This document shows positions 26,456 through 39,512 of a stretch of DNA of 64,000 bases, in pieces (position 1 is the stretch's first letter; each line of letters begins with the position of its first letter). Made by a program: the position numbers and the translations under genes. This DNA comes from Octopus bimaculoides (taxonomy: Eukaryota): positions 30,858,240-30,922,239 of the forward strand of contig NC_069002.1 of the NCBI RefSeq assembly GCF_001194135.2. Reading direction: 5' to 3'. Below the pieces are notes generated by a model that did no database searches, was not told the origin of the DNA, and was given only the letters and a program-made list of their open reading frames with translations.

Positions 26456-26619
26456 ATATATANNNNNNNNNNNNNNNNNNNNNNNNNNNNNNNNNNNNNN
26501 NNNNNNNNNNNNNNNNNNNNNNNNNNNNNNNNNNNNNNNNNNNNNNNNNNNNNNNNNNNNNNNNNNNNNNNNNNNNNNNNNNNNNNNNNNNNNNNNNNTG
26601 TGTGTGTGTGTACATATAT

Positions 26620-26835
26620 GTTTCTCTTTTATCTTTTACTTGTTTCAGTCATTTGACTGTAGCCATGCTGGAGCAGCACCATGAAGGGTTTTAGCCGGAA
26701 AAATCAACCCCAGGACTTACTTGATATTTTTTTTTTTTAGCTTAGTACTTATTCTGTCAGACTCTTTTGCTAAACTGCTAAGTTACGGGGACGTAAACAC
26801 ACCAACACCGGTTGTCAAGCAGTGGTAGGGGACAA

Positions 26836-26840
<5 letters not shown>
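26620..26840 (-). mobile_element. SINE-A 3' half
   Basis: CTTGTTTCAGTCATTTGACTGTAGCCATGCTGGAGC..CTAAGTTACGGGGACGTAAACAC. Confidence 0.85.
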
Positions 26841-26866
<26 letters not shown>

Positions 26867-26959
26867 AAAAGAAACCATCATGGAATCTCAGTTGCCAAAT
26901 AGACTTTGGTACTGATGATAAAATTCCTCCAAGAAGAAGATTTTGAAATAACTTTTGGA

Positions 26960-27200
26960 TGTTGTTGTTGTTGTTGTTGTTGTTGTTGCTGTTGTCATTA
27001 AGCTCCCAAGTCAGTTCTGGTTGAGCAGATTTATGACCAGAGACACTCCAGTCATGACTGTCCCATCTTTTATTTAAACATAATGTACACCTAGGACAAA
27101 ATTATCCAATACCTCATTCTTTATTCAAGTTAGTGGGCTATGAGTTGTGGAAGATTTGGCTGCTATTTCTAGTAGAGTGGAGTAGAAACTTCCTAGCTGG
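26960..27200 (-). mobile_element. Repeat F with (CAA)n tail
   Basis: (GTT)n, then CCAGTCATGACTGTCCCATCTTT..GATTTGGCTGCTATTTCTAG. Confidence 0.7.
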
Positions 27201-27341
27201 CATACAATTTTAACAATGCTTTATAATTGTATTGTTAGTATTATGTTATTATTTTGATATACTAATATTCTATTAGTTTTAGTATTGTGTTCCTATACTC
27301 ATATATTTATATAATGTATTGTATTATCTTAAAAATATTTT

Positions 27342-27505
27342 ATTGTTATGTTAATATGACATTAACTTTATGTTAATATTATGTTAATATAATGTTGATT
27401 TTATGTTAATATTATGTTAAAATGATATTAATCTTATGTTAATATTATGTTAATATAATGTTAATATTATGTTAATATGATGTTAATATGATGTTAGTAT
27501 TAATA
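27342..27505. repeat. 11-bp minisatellite (TTATGTTAATA)n
   Basis: Seen directly. Confidence 0.9.
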
Positions 27506-27609
27506 TTATTGGATCATCGATTCTATAATGTTCTACATTATCTAAAAAGTGTTGTCACATATCTTTTAAGAAAAAAAAACAATTGATATATGTATGAATC
27601 AACAAAGAA

Positions 27610-27825
27610 GCCTCTAGATGGTCTCTCTACCTGCTAGAAATAGCAGCCAAATTTCCCTCTATAACACACCATACACTATTATAAAAATGAGAAAAACAGA
27701 TTTGAAAATTTTGTGCTAAACAGACAACTTCTGATAGAAGAAAGGTAGAATGGTCATGGGTGGGAAGTCTTTGATCATAAATCTACTCAGTCAGGGTTGA
27801 CCTGGGGCTAAACTACAAGAACATC
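27610..27825 (+). mobile_element. Repeat F
   Basis: CCTGCTAGAAATAGCAGCCAAAT..CAGGGTTGACCTGGGGCTAAAC. Confidence 0.75.
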
Positions 27826-27924
27826 GTGATCATTTAACATCCACCTTTCATGCTGGCAAGGGTTGGATTAACATATTGCAGAGATAAGAACAAGTGGACT
27901 GGAGAAGTTAGTCAATTAGATTTA

Positions 27925-28063
27925 GATACAGCTGTGTGATTAAGAGGCTTGCATCCCAAACACATGGTCCAAGACCTGATTCAAATAAGGGACACCTTGG
28001 GTAAGTTTTTTCTACCATAGCTTTTAAGTTGAATATGGGAGATGGAAACTGTGAAGAAGTCCA

Positions 28064-28066
<3 letters not shown>
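27925..28066 (-). mobile_element. SINE-A 5' half, degenerate
   Basis: CCCAAACACATGGTCC..GGGACACCTTGGGTAAGT..GGAAACTG. Confidence 0.6.
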
Positions 28067-28107
<41 letters not shown>

Positions 28108-28689
28108 GGAGAACAGTGGTACAGAAAGTTGACAGAAATTTTGCAGGAAGAAAACAAAAACAACAACACACACATGAGATGTAGACATGCTTGACCCTTC
28201 ATCAGCTGTTGGCCAAATATCATTACAGTTTCAACACCTTCTGACATATAATTTGATTGTAGATCCATTATGATCTCAATAGAGTAATCCAAAGACAAGA
28301 GGGTCTAGGTCTGCTTTGTTATGGGGATGGAAAATCCAAGTGAAGTAAGAATTTAAGAAGGGAACAGCAAGAAAAATATATACAGCAGTATAATGTTTGT
28401 ATTAGTTTGATATTGAAAAGGAAGAAAAAAATTAACAGTTCTTCATTTTGAACAAAGGTCTTTCTTCAAGGGGAAAAAAAAAAAAGGGAAGGGGAAAGAA
28501 CAGGGATGAAGAAAATAGAAAAGGTCTGGGGGATTAAATTTATAAGTGTGGTTAATATGGCAAGGTGTGAAAAGATTGGTGGATGGAGATGAGGGGACAG
28601 AGAAAATTGAAGAAGGAATGTACAGGGAGGCAATAGGTGAGCAAGCCTAAGAGTAGGAGTAGAAAGGGAGATAATGTAAACAAAGAAAT

Positions 28690-29241
28690 ATTGGGATGTG
28701 GATGACGTACTGAAGGCCGATGAGATATCTGGGGCCTTGCTGTACCTGAGAAGACCTGTCTGCTACAGCAGAATTAACACTGGTTCTGGCACCACATTAA
28801 AAAGCACTGGTGCTGGTGCCACATAAAAATTACTGATAATGGTGCCATATGAAAAGCACTGGTGCTGGTGCCACATAAAATTCACCCAGTACACTTTGTG
28901 GAGTGGTTGGCATTCGGAAGGGGATGATAAAGCACCAAGATATTTGGCACTTTGCTGTTCTCAAGAAGACCTGTCCACCACAGCAGAATTGATGCTGGTG
29001 CTTGTCCCATGTCAAAAGCACTGGTGATGGTGCCATGCAAAAGGCACTGGTGATGGTGCCACATAAAAAGCATCCAGTACACTTTGTGGAGTGGTTGGTG
29101 TGAGGAAGGACATTCAGCCATAGAAACCATGCCAGAACAGACAACAGAACCTGGTGTGGCCTCTGGCCGTACCAGCTCTGGTCAAACTGTCCAACATATG
29201 CCAGCATGGAAAACGGATGTTAAATGATGATGATGATGATG
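28690..29241 (+). mobile_element. Two tandem RTE-type 3' ends with an expanded ~26-bp internal repeat (AAAAGCACTGGTGCTGGTGCCACAT)
   Basis: GAAGACCTGTC..CAGCAGAATT occurs twice; one (GAT)n tail. Confidence 0.8.
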
Positions 29242-29787
29242 AAGCCAGTAGGTGAGTAATTTGAGAGGGAGTGTAAAGGGAGATTATAGCTGAGCAAGTT
29301 TAAGAGTGGGCGTGCAAAGGAGGATAATGGTTGAGCAAGTCTTTCAAGAGGAGAGGCACATCAAAGTGTGAATGGTTGTTGGTGTGTCATTAAGAATGCC
29401 TTTTATTTTATGGGAGTGTGTATAGGCGTGCATGCATAGATGGATACGCAATACAAAGTGTGTGTTTATGTGTGTGTATGTGTGTGTGTGTGTATGTAGG
29501 TATGCATATATGTCTATATGCACATACATATTTATGTATGAGTGTGTATACACATCTGGTTCATACCCCACACCCAACTACAGACATATAAAGATATACA
29601 TACATATACACAGCAGATATCACATACACATGCACACATACACTTGCATATAAACATCTAGATGTGCACACATGCAAAACAGGACACACACAACACACAG
29701 AGAATCGTACACATACATACAACATACACACATACTGCTTTATGCACAGTCGATATCTGTCCCATCACACACAAACCTTTTCACAGC

Positions 29788-29955
29788 TTTCTTTTTACTT
29801 GTTTTAGTCATTTGACTGTGGCCATGCTGGGGCACCACTTTGAAGAAAAATTTTTAATCGAATGAATCAACTCCAGTACTTATGTTTTTTAAGCCTAGTA
29901 CTTATTCTATCAGTCTCTTTTGCTGAACTGCTAAGTTACGGGGACGTAAACACAG
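29788..29955 (-). mobile_element. SINE-A 3' half
   Basis: TTACTTGTTTTAGTCATTTGACTGTGGCCATGCTGG. Confidence 0.85.
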
Positions 29956-30096
29956 CCTAAGCTAGAAATTTTAACTCTAGCAATTTGCATTGAATCTTTT
30001 TATTTCGTTTTTGTCAATGGAGATTGTTGTTTGCTAGATTTCTTCATTGGGGAAACTCCATCTCTTTAAAGAGTATCAGGAGTCACAATTCATTGA

Positions 30097-30626
30097 CCCT
30101 TTAGCATTCAGATTACTCGGTCAACCGTATTGCTTTGATGAGAAGTGACCGAAATTTCTGGTGATTTGCTGTACTTGAGAAGACACGACAAGCTAAGTGA
30201 AATCATAGTTGTGGCCAGAGCTGGAGACACACGAAAGGCGCCCATACTGGTGACACAGGAGAGGTACCCATGCCAGTGACATGTAAAAGGCACCCAGTAC
30301 ACTCTGTGGAGTGGTTGGCGTTAGGAAGGGTACCCAGTCATAGAATCCAAGCCATTACAGACTGGAGCCTGGTTCAGCTCTCTGGCTTACCAGCTCCAGT
30401 CAAACCATCTAACCCATGCCAGCATGGAAAATGGATGCTAAATGATGATGATGATAATTAGTTTGAATTAATCATGCATTATCTCATAGATTCAAAATTT
30501 CGATGATGTGATCGTTTCTATTTAGAATGAAATCGTAAAGTAGGTGTGAGAGGCTGGATCTGGTCAGATTGAACATAATACAGGTAGAATATTTGGCTGG
30601 ATAGGGCTGGTTTAAATGCTAAGGGG
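30097..30626. mobile_element. MITE-E (piggyBac-like, CCCTTTAGCATT..AATGCTAAAGGG), split by an RTE insertion
   Basis: The halves align to intact copies at 51958 and 60158. Flanks are TTGA/TCAA rather than TTAA. Confidence 0.8.
30137..30455 (+). mobile_element. RTE-type LINE 3' end nested in MITE-E
   Basis: GTACTTGAGAAGACACGACAAGC..CCATGCCAGCATGGAAAATGGATGCTAAATGATGATG. Confidence 0.88.
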
Positions 30627-30740
30627 TCAAAGAGGAATCTAAATAAAATCTAAATAAAATCTGACTTTAACAGAGACAAAGAACAATGTTGTCCGTCCAT
30701 TTATGTCAATAAAAACTGATACATTTGTGTTATTTCTATA

Positions 30741-31375
30741 GGCGCAGGAGTGGCTGTGTGGGAAGTAGCTTGCCTACCAACCACATGGTTCCGGGTTCAG
30801 TCCCACTGCGTGGCACCTTGGGCAAGTGTCTTCTACTATAGCCTCTAGCCAACCAAAGCCTTGTGAGTGGATTTGGTAGATGGAAACTGAAAGAAGCCTG
30901 TCGTATATATGTATATATATATATATGTANNNNNNNNNNNNNNNNNNNNNNNNNNNNNNNNNNNNNNNNNNNNNNNNNNNNNNNNNNNNNNNNNNNNNNN
31001 NNNNNNNNNNNNNNNNNNNNNNNNNNNNNNNNNNNNNNNNNNNNNNNNNNNNNNNNNNNNNNNNNNNNNNNNNNNNNNNNNNNNNNNNNNNNNNNNNNNN
31101 NNNNNNNNNNNNNNNNNNNNNNNNNNNNNNNNNNNNNNNNNNNNNNNNNNTATGTGTGTTTGTGTGTCTGTGTTTGTCCCCCCATCATCGCTTGATAACC
31201 GATGCTGGTGTGTTTATGTCCCCGTAACTTAGTGGTTTGGCAAAAAGAGACCGATAGAATAAGTACTAGGCTTCCAAAGAATAAGTCGTGGGGTCGATTT
31301 GCTCGACTAAAAGGCGGTGCTCCAGCATGGCCACAGTCAAATGACTGAAACAAGTAAAAGAGTAAAAGAGTAGAG
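30741..31375 (+). mobile_element. SINE-A, full length (gap inside the internal microsatellite)
   Basis: GGCGCAGGAGTGGCTGTGTGG..GGTTCAGTCCC..GGCACCTTGGGCAAGTG..AAGTAAAAGAG. Confidence 0.92.
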
Positions 31376-31997
31376 AGTATTCTTTTTGGATGTTTGGCAC
31401 TCAGTAACTGGTATTGATTACCAAAATATGAGGCAGCGAATTGTTTAGAGTTACCAGAGTGTTGTGGAAAATGCCCCATTTACTCTGATTCTCTGTTCTT
31501 TATATCCAAATCCTGTTGAGGTCATTGTTATTTTTCATCCTTTCGGGGTTAATAAAGAAAAAAAAAGTACCAGCGCAGGGCACTGGACTGGCAACACTGT
31601 TAACAGGGCCAGAGTAAGACCCATAGAGACCCTAAGCACTTAAAAGATTTTTGTGCCCCCATGAGATCCCAACAGAGAAGATGAAAACAAATAATATGAA
31701 AAGCATTGTCTCAAAAGATTCTGTCAGTTGTAACATTTGCTCTGTGCCACCACCAATGCCACCACCACCACCAATGTCACTGCTACTGTCATCACCTATG
31801 TCACTGTTGACACCACCACCGCTGCTGCTGCCACCACCACCACCATCACCACGGTTTGTGGTCAGCTGAAAATGTCAAACATTTTCCACTATTTACGTCT
31901 TGAGATATTTCGTGGCCTTGAACAAGAAGTAACAGCTGAATTTATACATATATACATATTTATATCCTTATATACCACATATATGTATGTGTGTGTG

Positions 31998-32045
<48 letters not shown>

Positions 32046-32819
32046 GAATGATGGCTGTAACTTGATTTCAAACAATATCTTTGGTTGATTGTTCTCTGTA
32101 ACATGAGCAGTAAGGATGTGGTTTAGCAATCCTGCTAGGGACCCACACTACCTTTCACAGATATGACAACAATGGGTGCCTCTTGCAACAGGTGTTCAGA
32201 AAGCTTACTACACATGTTAGCACATCTTTTTCCGATCCTGGAAGTTTTCGTTGAGTGTTTTGCCCTTTTTTTTTCAACTGTGGTCAGCCATAGTATAAAA
32301 ATCAAGTGAAGCTTGTGCCAGAAGCTTTCTTANNNNNNNNNNNNNNNNNNNNNNNNNNNNNNNNNNNNNNNNNNNNNNNNNNNNNNNNNNNNNNNNNNNN
32401 NNNNNNNNNNNNNNNNNNNNNNNNNNNNNNNNNNNNNNNNNNNNNNNNNNNNNNNNNNNNNNNNNNNNNNNNNNNNNNNNNNNNNNNNNNNNNNNNNNNN
32501 NNNNNNNNNNNNNNNNNNNNNNNNNNNNNNNNNNNNNNNNNNNNNNNNNNNNNNNNNNNNNNNNNNNNNNNNNNNNNNNNNNNNNNNNNNNNNNNNNNNN
32601 NNNNNNNNNNNNNNNNNNNNNNNNNNNNNNNNNNNNNNNNNNNNNNNNNNNNNNNNNNNNNNNNNNNNNNNNNNNNNNNNNNNNNNNNNNNNNNNNNNNN
32701 NNNNNNNNNNNNNNNNNNNNNNNNNNNNNNNNNNNNNNNNNNNNNNNNNNNNNNNNNNNNNNNNNNNNNNNNNNNNNNNNNNAATAAAATCCTAATTAAC
32801 TGATCCGCCTGTATTTTCT

Positions 32820-32901
32820 TTTACCCAAAGACAGGAAATTTTCAGCACCTCCTTGCATATGAACCCTCAGAGGTCATACAGAGCCCAGTTGAGAACCACT
32901 G
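32820..32901. mobile_element. hAT-like terminal fragment
   Basis: Ends GTTGAGAACCACTG (revcomp CAGTGGTTCTCAAC, a typical hAT/Charlie TIR). The partner end is not seen and may lie in the gap. Confidence 0.45.
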
Positions 32902-33196
32902 CTTCAAACAAAGTATTTGTTTGTCCCCAAAGAAAAACTAGTCTACATCATGGAGTGTGAATGAAGTCACAGGTGTTGCATTAAAATTTAACTTCTGGAT
33001 GACAGATGTCAAAATAAACACTCAGTGGGGGGGTGGTTCTCACTCCCAGCTGTTCTGTGTTCATCTGCTCTTTGACAGGTTTTATTCTTTTTGTCCTGAA
33101 GAGTGTCCAAGGCAAAATACTCTCCCTACCAAGCAGGCTCGGCAGGGTCGCTGGAACAGTTGCCATTGGGCTGACCCTGCAACAGGTTGTACTGGG

Positions 33197-33360
33197 TTAG
33201 GCATGGCTGTATGGTAAGAAGCTTGGTTTCCAACCACATGGTTCTGAGCTCAGTCCCACTGCATGGCACCTTGGGCAAGTGTCTTCTGCTATTGCCTCAG
33301 GCCAACCAAAGCCATGTGGGTGGATTTGGTAGATGGAAACTGAAAGAAGCCTGTCGTATA
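33197..33360 (+). mobile_element. SINE-A 5' half
   Basis: Head and CORE. Confidence 0.88.
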
Positions 33361-33697
33361 TATATATATATATATATNNNNNNNNNNNNNNNNNNNNNNN
33401 NNNNNNNNNNNNNNNNNNNNNNNNNNNNNNNNNNNNNNNNNNNNNNNNNNNNNNNNNNNNNNNNNNNNNNNNNNNNNNNNNNNNNNNNNNNNNNNNNNNN
33501 NNNNNNNNNNNNNNNNNNNNNNNNNNNNNNNNNNNNNNNNNNNNNNNNNNNNNNNNNNNNNNNNNNNNNNNNNNNNNNNNNNNNNNNNNNNNNNNNNNNN
33601 NNNNNNNNNNNNNNNNNNNNNNNNNNNNNNNNNNNNNNNNNNNNNNNNNNNNNNNNNNNNNNNNNNNNNNNNNNNNNNNNNNNNNNNNNNNNNNNNN

Positions 33698-33739
<42 letters not shown>

Positions 33740-34091
33740 TGTATATACATATGTACATGCATACACATATATAGACACCCACACACATTCACTGAGATAT
33801 GTGATTTACTAACGCTTGATTTACTATTGACTAAATAAAAAAGAAAAAAAGAAAAGCTAAATAAATACTCCATTAAATTCTATCAATAATATTGATTTTT
33901 AGTTATATTTTATAGTAAATGCTATTTTGTATTGCATATGCTGCCCTCCTCCTACCACTCATGGTGTGATAGTTCACTGACAAAGAGAGGGAGAAAGAAA
34001 GGGAGAAAGAGAGAGGGAGACAGAAAGAAATAGAGGGAGAGAGAAAGAAATAGAGGGAGAGAGGTACGTTTTGTTAGAAGCCACATATATT

Positions 34092-34305
34092 CTTTTCTAT
34101 TCTAGGCACAAGGCTCGAAATTTTTGGGGTGGGAGCCAGTCGATTAGATCGATTCCAGTATGCAACTGGTACTTAATTTACTGACCCCGAATGGATAAAA
34201 GGCAAAGTCAACCTCGGCGGAATTTGAACTCAGAACATAAAGACAGATGAAATACCGCTAAGCATTTCGCCCAGAGTGCTAACATCTCTGCCAGCTCACC
34301 GCCTT
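34092..34305 (-). mobile_element. SINE-B with a perfect target-site duplication
   Basis: TTAGAAGCCACATATATT at 34074-34091 and 34304-34321. Confidence 0.93.
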
Positions 34306-34339
34306 AGAAGCCACATATATTAGCTGATAACTGATTGCT

Positions 34340-34535
34340 CACTGCATACTACAGAAGACAACTGAAGGTATCTAGATATAGAAACCTTCATATATATAAG
34401 CTATCATCTTATATATATGGCCAGAACACATTAAATATTGTAGTCTTAGATACTCTTACAAAGTTGAGGTATTGATGGTCAGAATATCTTTGATCATAAG
34501 TATGCTGCATTGGGACTGGCCTGGTGTTAAACAAC
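34340..34535 (+). mobile_element. Repeat F, degenerate
   Basis: ACACATTAAATATTGTAGTCTTAGATAC..CTTTGATCATAAG..TAAACAAC. Confidence 0.5.
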
Positions 34536-34642
34536 TATAGCAACAGGAATGGGAACAGCAGTAACAATGATAATAACAACATTGTAACAACAATAAGAAC
34601 TGTTTGGTGATAAATTAAATAATATATATGAAAATAATAAGT

Positions 34643-34801
34643 CCACTCTGCTGAGTGGTTGGTGTCAGGAAGGGCATCCAGCTGTAAAAATCCTGCCAAA
34701 ACAGTCCCAGAAGTCTGGTGCAGGCTTCTGCCTGGTTGGCTCCTGTCAAACCATTCCACCCATGCCAGCATGGAAGGTGAATGTTAAACGATGATTATGA
34801 T
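34643..34801 (+). mobile_element. RTE-type LINE 3' end
   Basis: GAGTGGTTGGTGTCAGGAAGGGCATCCAGCTG..GTTAAACGATGATTATGAT. Confidence 0.85.
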
Positions 34802-34814
34802 CATCAAATAATTA

Positions 34815-35460
34815 ATATAAGATGAATTAGAGAAATGATAAATATAATATAGAGTAATAAGTGTCATAATATATAAGACAGACGAATCATAAATGTAAGA
34901 ATAAAAGTCATAAACAAGGATAGAGTAATACATCATAATATATAAGATAGAGGGATAAATAAGTCATAAATATGGAGAGATAAGAGTCATGAGTATGAGA
35001 TTGAGATAGAAGGTCATAAATATAAGACAGGGTAAAGAGTCATAAGTGTAAGGTAGAAGAATAAGAGTTGTAAATTAGAGATAGAGTAATATGGATCACA
35101 AATATAAGATAGAGTAAGGTGTAATAAATTCAAGATAAGAATCATAAATTTGAAACAGAATAATAAGAGTCATAAATTTAAGACTGAATAATAAGAGTCA
35201 TAAATATAAGAAGAATAAAAGACATAGATAAAAGACAGAGCAATATGGGTCAAAAATATAAGATAGATGAATAGATGAATGAGTCATAAATGCAAGATAG
35301 AATAATAAGACATAAATAAAAGACAGAGTAATAAGTGTCCAGGATATAAGATAAAGGAAGAAAAGTCATAAATAAGGATAGCTTAAAAAGGGTCATAAAT
35401 GGATGATAGAGGAGTAAGAGTCATAGATATAAGATAGAATGAGAGTCATGGACAATGATA
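34815..35460. repeat. Degenerate ~28-bp minisatellite (TAAGATAGAGTAATAAGAGTCATAAATA)
   Basis: More than 20 diverged units. Confidence 0.85.
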
Positions 35461-36231
35461 TAAAATAATTGTATCAATGTCATTTATAAGTACAGTTCTG
35501 GCAACTGAACGGTTGATTGCATGAAACCTTTAGTTATGAAAATATAATCTTGTTTCTTTGCAACATAATTGTAACAGTTTGCATATGTTTTTAATTTTGC
35601 TGTGTATTGAAAGCTTTTCTGTGTAAAAAACACTTTTCTGAGTTAAAATACACAAATATACATACGCACGCACACATACACACACAAACACACAGCCTCT
35701 CTCTCTGACACACACATGCATACACACACACACACATACGCATACACACAACCTCTCTCTTTGACACACACAAAGTCCCCCTCTCTCTCTCTGACACTTG
35801 TTCACACATGCACACACACACACACACACACACACATGCATACACATTCACATGCCACACAGCATATCTCTCTCTCTCTCTCTACCTCTATCCCTCTAAC
35901 ACACATACACACACACAAACATATATAGACATACATGAACATCACAAGAGATATTGTATCCGTCTAATCAAGGAATTTATTCCCCTTTGAGTGCTCAACA
36001 AAGAATTAGAAATAAGTTGGGGCTATGACCAATGTCTGAATAAAAAATAGGTAAATGGAATGTGTGAATACTGGATATTCCCATATAAAAAAAAGATGCA
36101 AGTGTATATTTAATATGCCGACTTTTGAGTATAGGAACGATTCAACTTGAGAATGGTAGGAAAAGTTAACCACATATTTTTCCAACCAGACGTGCTTAAC
36201 TGAAAAGTGTATAATCTTAATTATACATACA

Positions 36232-36274
<43 letters not shown>

Positions 36275-36441
36275 GTNNNNNNNNNNNNNNNNNNNNNNNN
36301 NNNNNNNNNNNNNNNNNNNNNNNNNNNNNNNNNNNNNNNNNNNNNNNNNNNNNNNNNNNNNNNNNNNNNNNNNNNNNNNNNNNNNNNNNNNNNNNNNNNN
36401 NNNACTATAATGACAACCTTTTACTGTTTGTTCTAAATTAT

Positions 36442-36486
<45 letters not shown>

Positions 36487-36647
36487 ATGTATGTACATAT
36501 ATATACTTATGCATATATACTATTAAGGGTAGTATATATGCTGTCAGTCAATGGCAATTATACATGTGTGAATATATATATATATATGTATACACTCACT
36601 GCCACACAAACATACATGTATACATGCAAGCCTACAGACTGACATAT

Positions 36648-36720
<73 letters not shown>

Positions 36721-36855
36721 NNNNNNNNNNNNNNNNNNNNNNNNNNNNNNNNNNNNNNNNNNNNNNNNNNNNNNNNNNNNNNNNNNNNNNNNNNNNNNNN
36801 NNNNNNNNNNNNNNNNNNNNNNNNNNNNNNNNNNNNNNNNNNNNNNNNNNNNNNN

Positions 36856-36891
<36 letters not shown>

Positions 36892-37439
36892 ATATATATA
36901 TATATGTATGTATATACATGTATAAACATATATATAAACATATATACATGCATACACACACATATATGTATGTATGTGTATATATGTCATTTATATAATA
37001 GCTTAAATTTAGCAACAGAACAGGTAATTTATGTTACTAAACGGTTTCATGATGTTGAATCTTCCATCTGTGGGGAGATAAATTAACACTCATTGGACTA
37101 TCCCATTTGGCCATTTCTGCTGATTGTAAATTTATTTATCCACAACTGATTAGTCTTTCTGCATGAAACCATCCAGGAACATAAATTGGCTGTTATGAGG
37201 CTAAATACATATTAAATAAACAATACGCACTTTCTATAACTTAATATATGAGTGGTTTTGTCTTTTTTTTTTTCTGAATACTGAAACACATTGAATAACT
37301 ATAAATGTATAACAATTACAACAACTATAGCTATAACAAAAATAGCTATTCTTGATATCAAAGAAATTTTAATGAAATAACAATTTCCTTTTTAAATTCT
37401 TCATTGTCGTGATGTCTTTTAAATTATTTACTTTTATAG

Positions 37440-37482
37440 AAACAGTTGCAGTCTCGAAGTAAATTGCCTCGGCGGCTAGAAG
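37440..37482 (+). CDS. Candidate 43-nt host coding exon (KQLQSRSKLPRRLE + G)
   Basis: About 70 nt free of AG, a T-rich tract ending TTTTATAG|, an open CpG-rich frame, donor AAG|GTGAGA; phase 0 in, phase 1 out. Confidence 0.45.
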
Positions 37483-38767
37483 GTGAGACGGTCACCTCGC
37501 ATTCTGCTTCCTTCCTTTCATAGCAACCCAATTTATACTAATTTATTCAAGAACTTTTAAGTAACAGGAATGTTTGTAAACTGAAAAAATAAATAAATAC
37601 ATTAAAAAAAAAATAAAAAATAAAATAAAATTAACTAAAATAAAATTTTAAATGAATTTCAATCACCAAAAATCAATGAAATGTTTTTTAAAAAATCATG
37701 TGATAACTATTTTAAAAAAGAAAAAAAAATGCACAAAAAGTTATTAAAAAAAAATCAATATAATTTTGAATATTTTTTAAGGAATTCTAAAGTGGTTTGC
37801 CATATCTGTAGAACTAAATTCCAAAAGAGACATTTATGGTTTATTTTAAANNNNNNNNNNNNNNNNNNNNNNNNNNNNNNNNNNNNNNNNNNNNNNNNNN
37901 NNNNNNNNNNNNNNNNNNNNNNNNNNNNNNNNNNNNNNNNNNNNNNNNNNNNNNNNNNNNNNNNNNNNNNNNNNNNNNNNNNNNNNNNNNNNNNNNNNNN
38001 NNNNNNNNNNNNNNNNNNNNNNNNNNNNNNNNNNNNNNNNNNNNNNNNNNNNNNNNNNNNNNNNNNNNNNNNNNNNNNNNNNNNNNNNNNNNNNNNNNNN
38101 NNNNNNNNNNNNNNNNNNNNNNNNNNNNNNNNNNNNNNNNNNNNNNNNNNNNNNNNNNNNNNNNNNNNNNNNNNNNNNNNNNNNNNNNNNNNNNNNNNNN
38201 NNNNNNNNNNNNNNNNNNNNNNNNNNNNNNNNNNNNNNNNNNNNNNNNNNNNNNNNNNNNNNNNNNNNNNNNNNNNNNNNNNNNNNNNNNNNNNNNNNNN
38301 NNNNNNNNNNNNNNNNNNNNNNNNNNNNNNNNNNNNNNNNNNNNNNNNNNNNNNNNNNNNNNNNNNNNNNNNNNNNNNNNNNNNNNNNNNNNNNNNNNNN
38401 NNNNNNNNNNNNNNNNNNNNNNNNNNNNNNNNNNNNNNNNNNNNNNNNNNNNNNNNNNNNNNNNNNNNNNNNNNNNNNNNNNNNNNNNNNNNNNNNNNNN
38501 NNNNNNNNNNNNNNNNNNNNNNNNNNNNNNNNNNNNNNNNNNNCCATCTTCTCTCTCCCTATCACACCTGTATTTATGAAGAAAGTGTGATAATGTTGGG
38601 GGTCTTGGTTTCTTGATCATCCTCCATGATGACTATTCTTATGATGGTGGACATGGTTCGTGCAGTGCCAGTCCCACTCTCTTGGCGTTCAGACTCCTAA
38701 TGGTTTGGTGCAACAAATGCCAAAAGCCCAGCAATTATCAGGAGGCAGGATTTGTACGGAGTTATCT

Positions 38768-39025
38768 TCTCTTAGATGAACAACTATAGAGCTGAGGGGC
38801 CTCATCTGCCTTGGGTCCATTGGTGTGTATGTGAGTGGCCCTCATCTGGGGGCAATTCTATGACATACTAATTAACCTACAGCTGGGACTCTGACACTTG
38901 CTACTATTCCAGGTCGGCGTAGACTTGGGAACAACAATGGTTAAGAGATGATTCCACATTCCTCAAAACTCTAGGACTTCTGAACCAGTGCCCCACTGCC
39001 AGATACAGTTTAAAATCAACCCAAG
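38768..39025 (+). repeat. Dispersed repeat H, copy 1
   Basis: TCTCTTAGAT..CATCTGCCTTGGGTCCATTGG..GGCAATTC.ATGACAT.CTAATTAAC..CAGATA.AGTTTAAA. Confidence 0.75.
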
Positions 39026-39280
39026 ACAAGCTGTAATATAAATGAACCTAATTAACTAATTACTGCTCACAATAATAACATAGTTCTAAGATATTGTTCT
39101 AGTTTAGCCATGAGTTGACACTTATTAAGAATACCTATGATCAGAGAAGTTCCAGTAATGACCATCCTGTCTTATTAGGGACATCTAGACAACTTTACCT
39201 TATATGTCTCCCTTTCTGCTAATTTTATTCACAAAGCATTGTTCAACTCAAGCTTTTAATAGAAGTCACTTACCCAAGGT

Positions 39281-39512
39281 TCTCTTAGATAAACAGCTAA
39301 AGAACTGAAGGGGTTCATCTGCCTTGGGTCCATTGGGGGGACTATAAGTGGCTTTCATCAGTAGGCAATTCCATGACATGCTAATTAACTTATAGCCAGG
39401 ACCCTGACAAGTCTACTACTCTGGGGCAGGATAGACTCGGGAGCAATAGTCACTAAGAGGTGGTTCCATCCAATGCCCCCTTACCAGATATAGTTTAAAG
39501 TCAGACCCTTGA
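39281..39512 (+). repeat. Dispersed repeat H, copy 2
   Basis: Direct, diverged copy of 38768-39025. Confidence 0.75.

Noticed and set aside
26914-26952. CTGATGA..GAAAT with a weak AT stem
   Set aside because: No stem III, NUH triplet or stem I; chance match.
28185-28240. Minus-strand CTGATGAAGGGTCAAGCATGTC, hammerhead-like
   Set aside because: Stem II and GAAAC are missing and stem I does not pair; at most a collapsed relic.
28780-28880. Regular ~26-bp direct repeats, superficially CRISPR-like
   Set aside because: No unique spacers; internal tandem expansion of an RTE 3' UTR in a eukaryote.
33096-33120. CTGAAGAGTGTCCAAGGCAAAATAC, hammerhead-like
   Set aside because: Stem II is incomplete, and there is no GAAAC or cleavage triplet.
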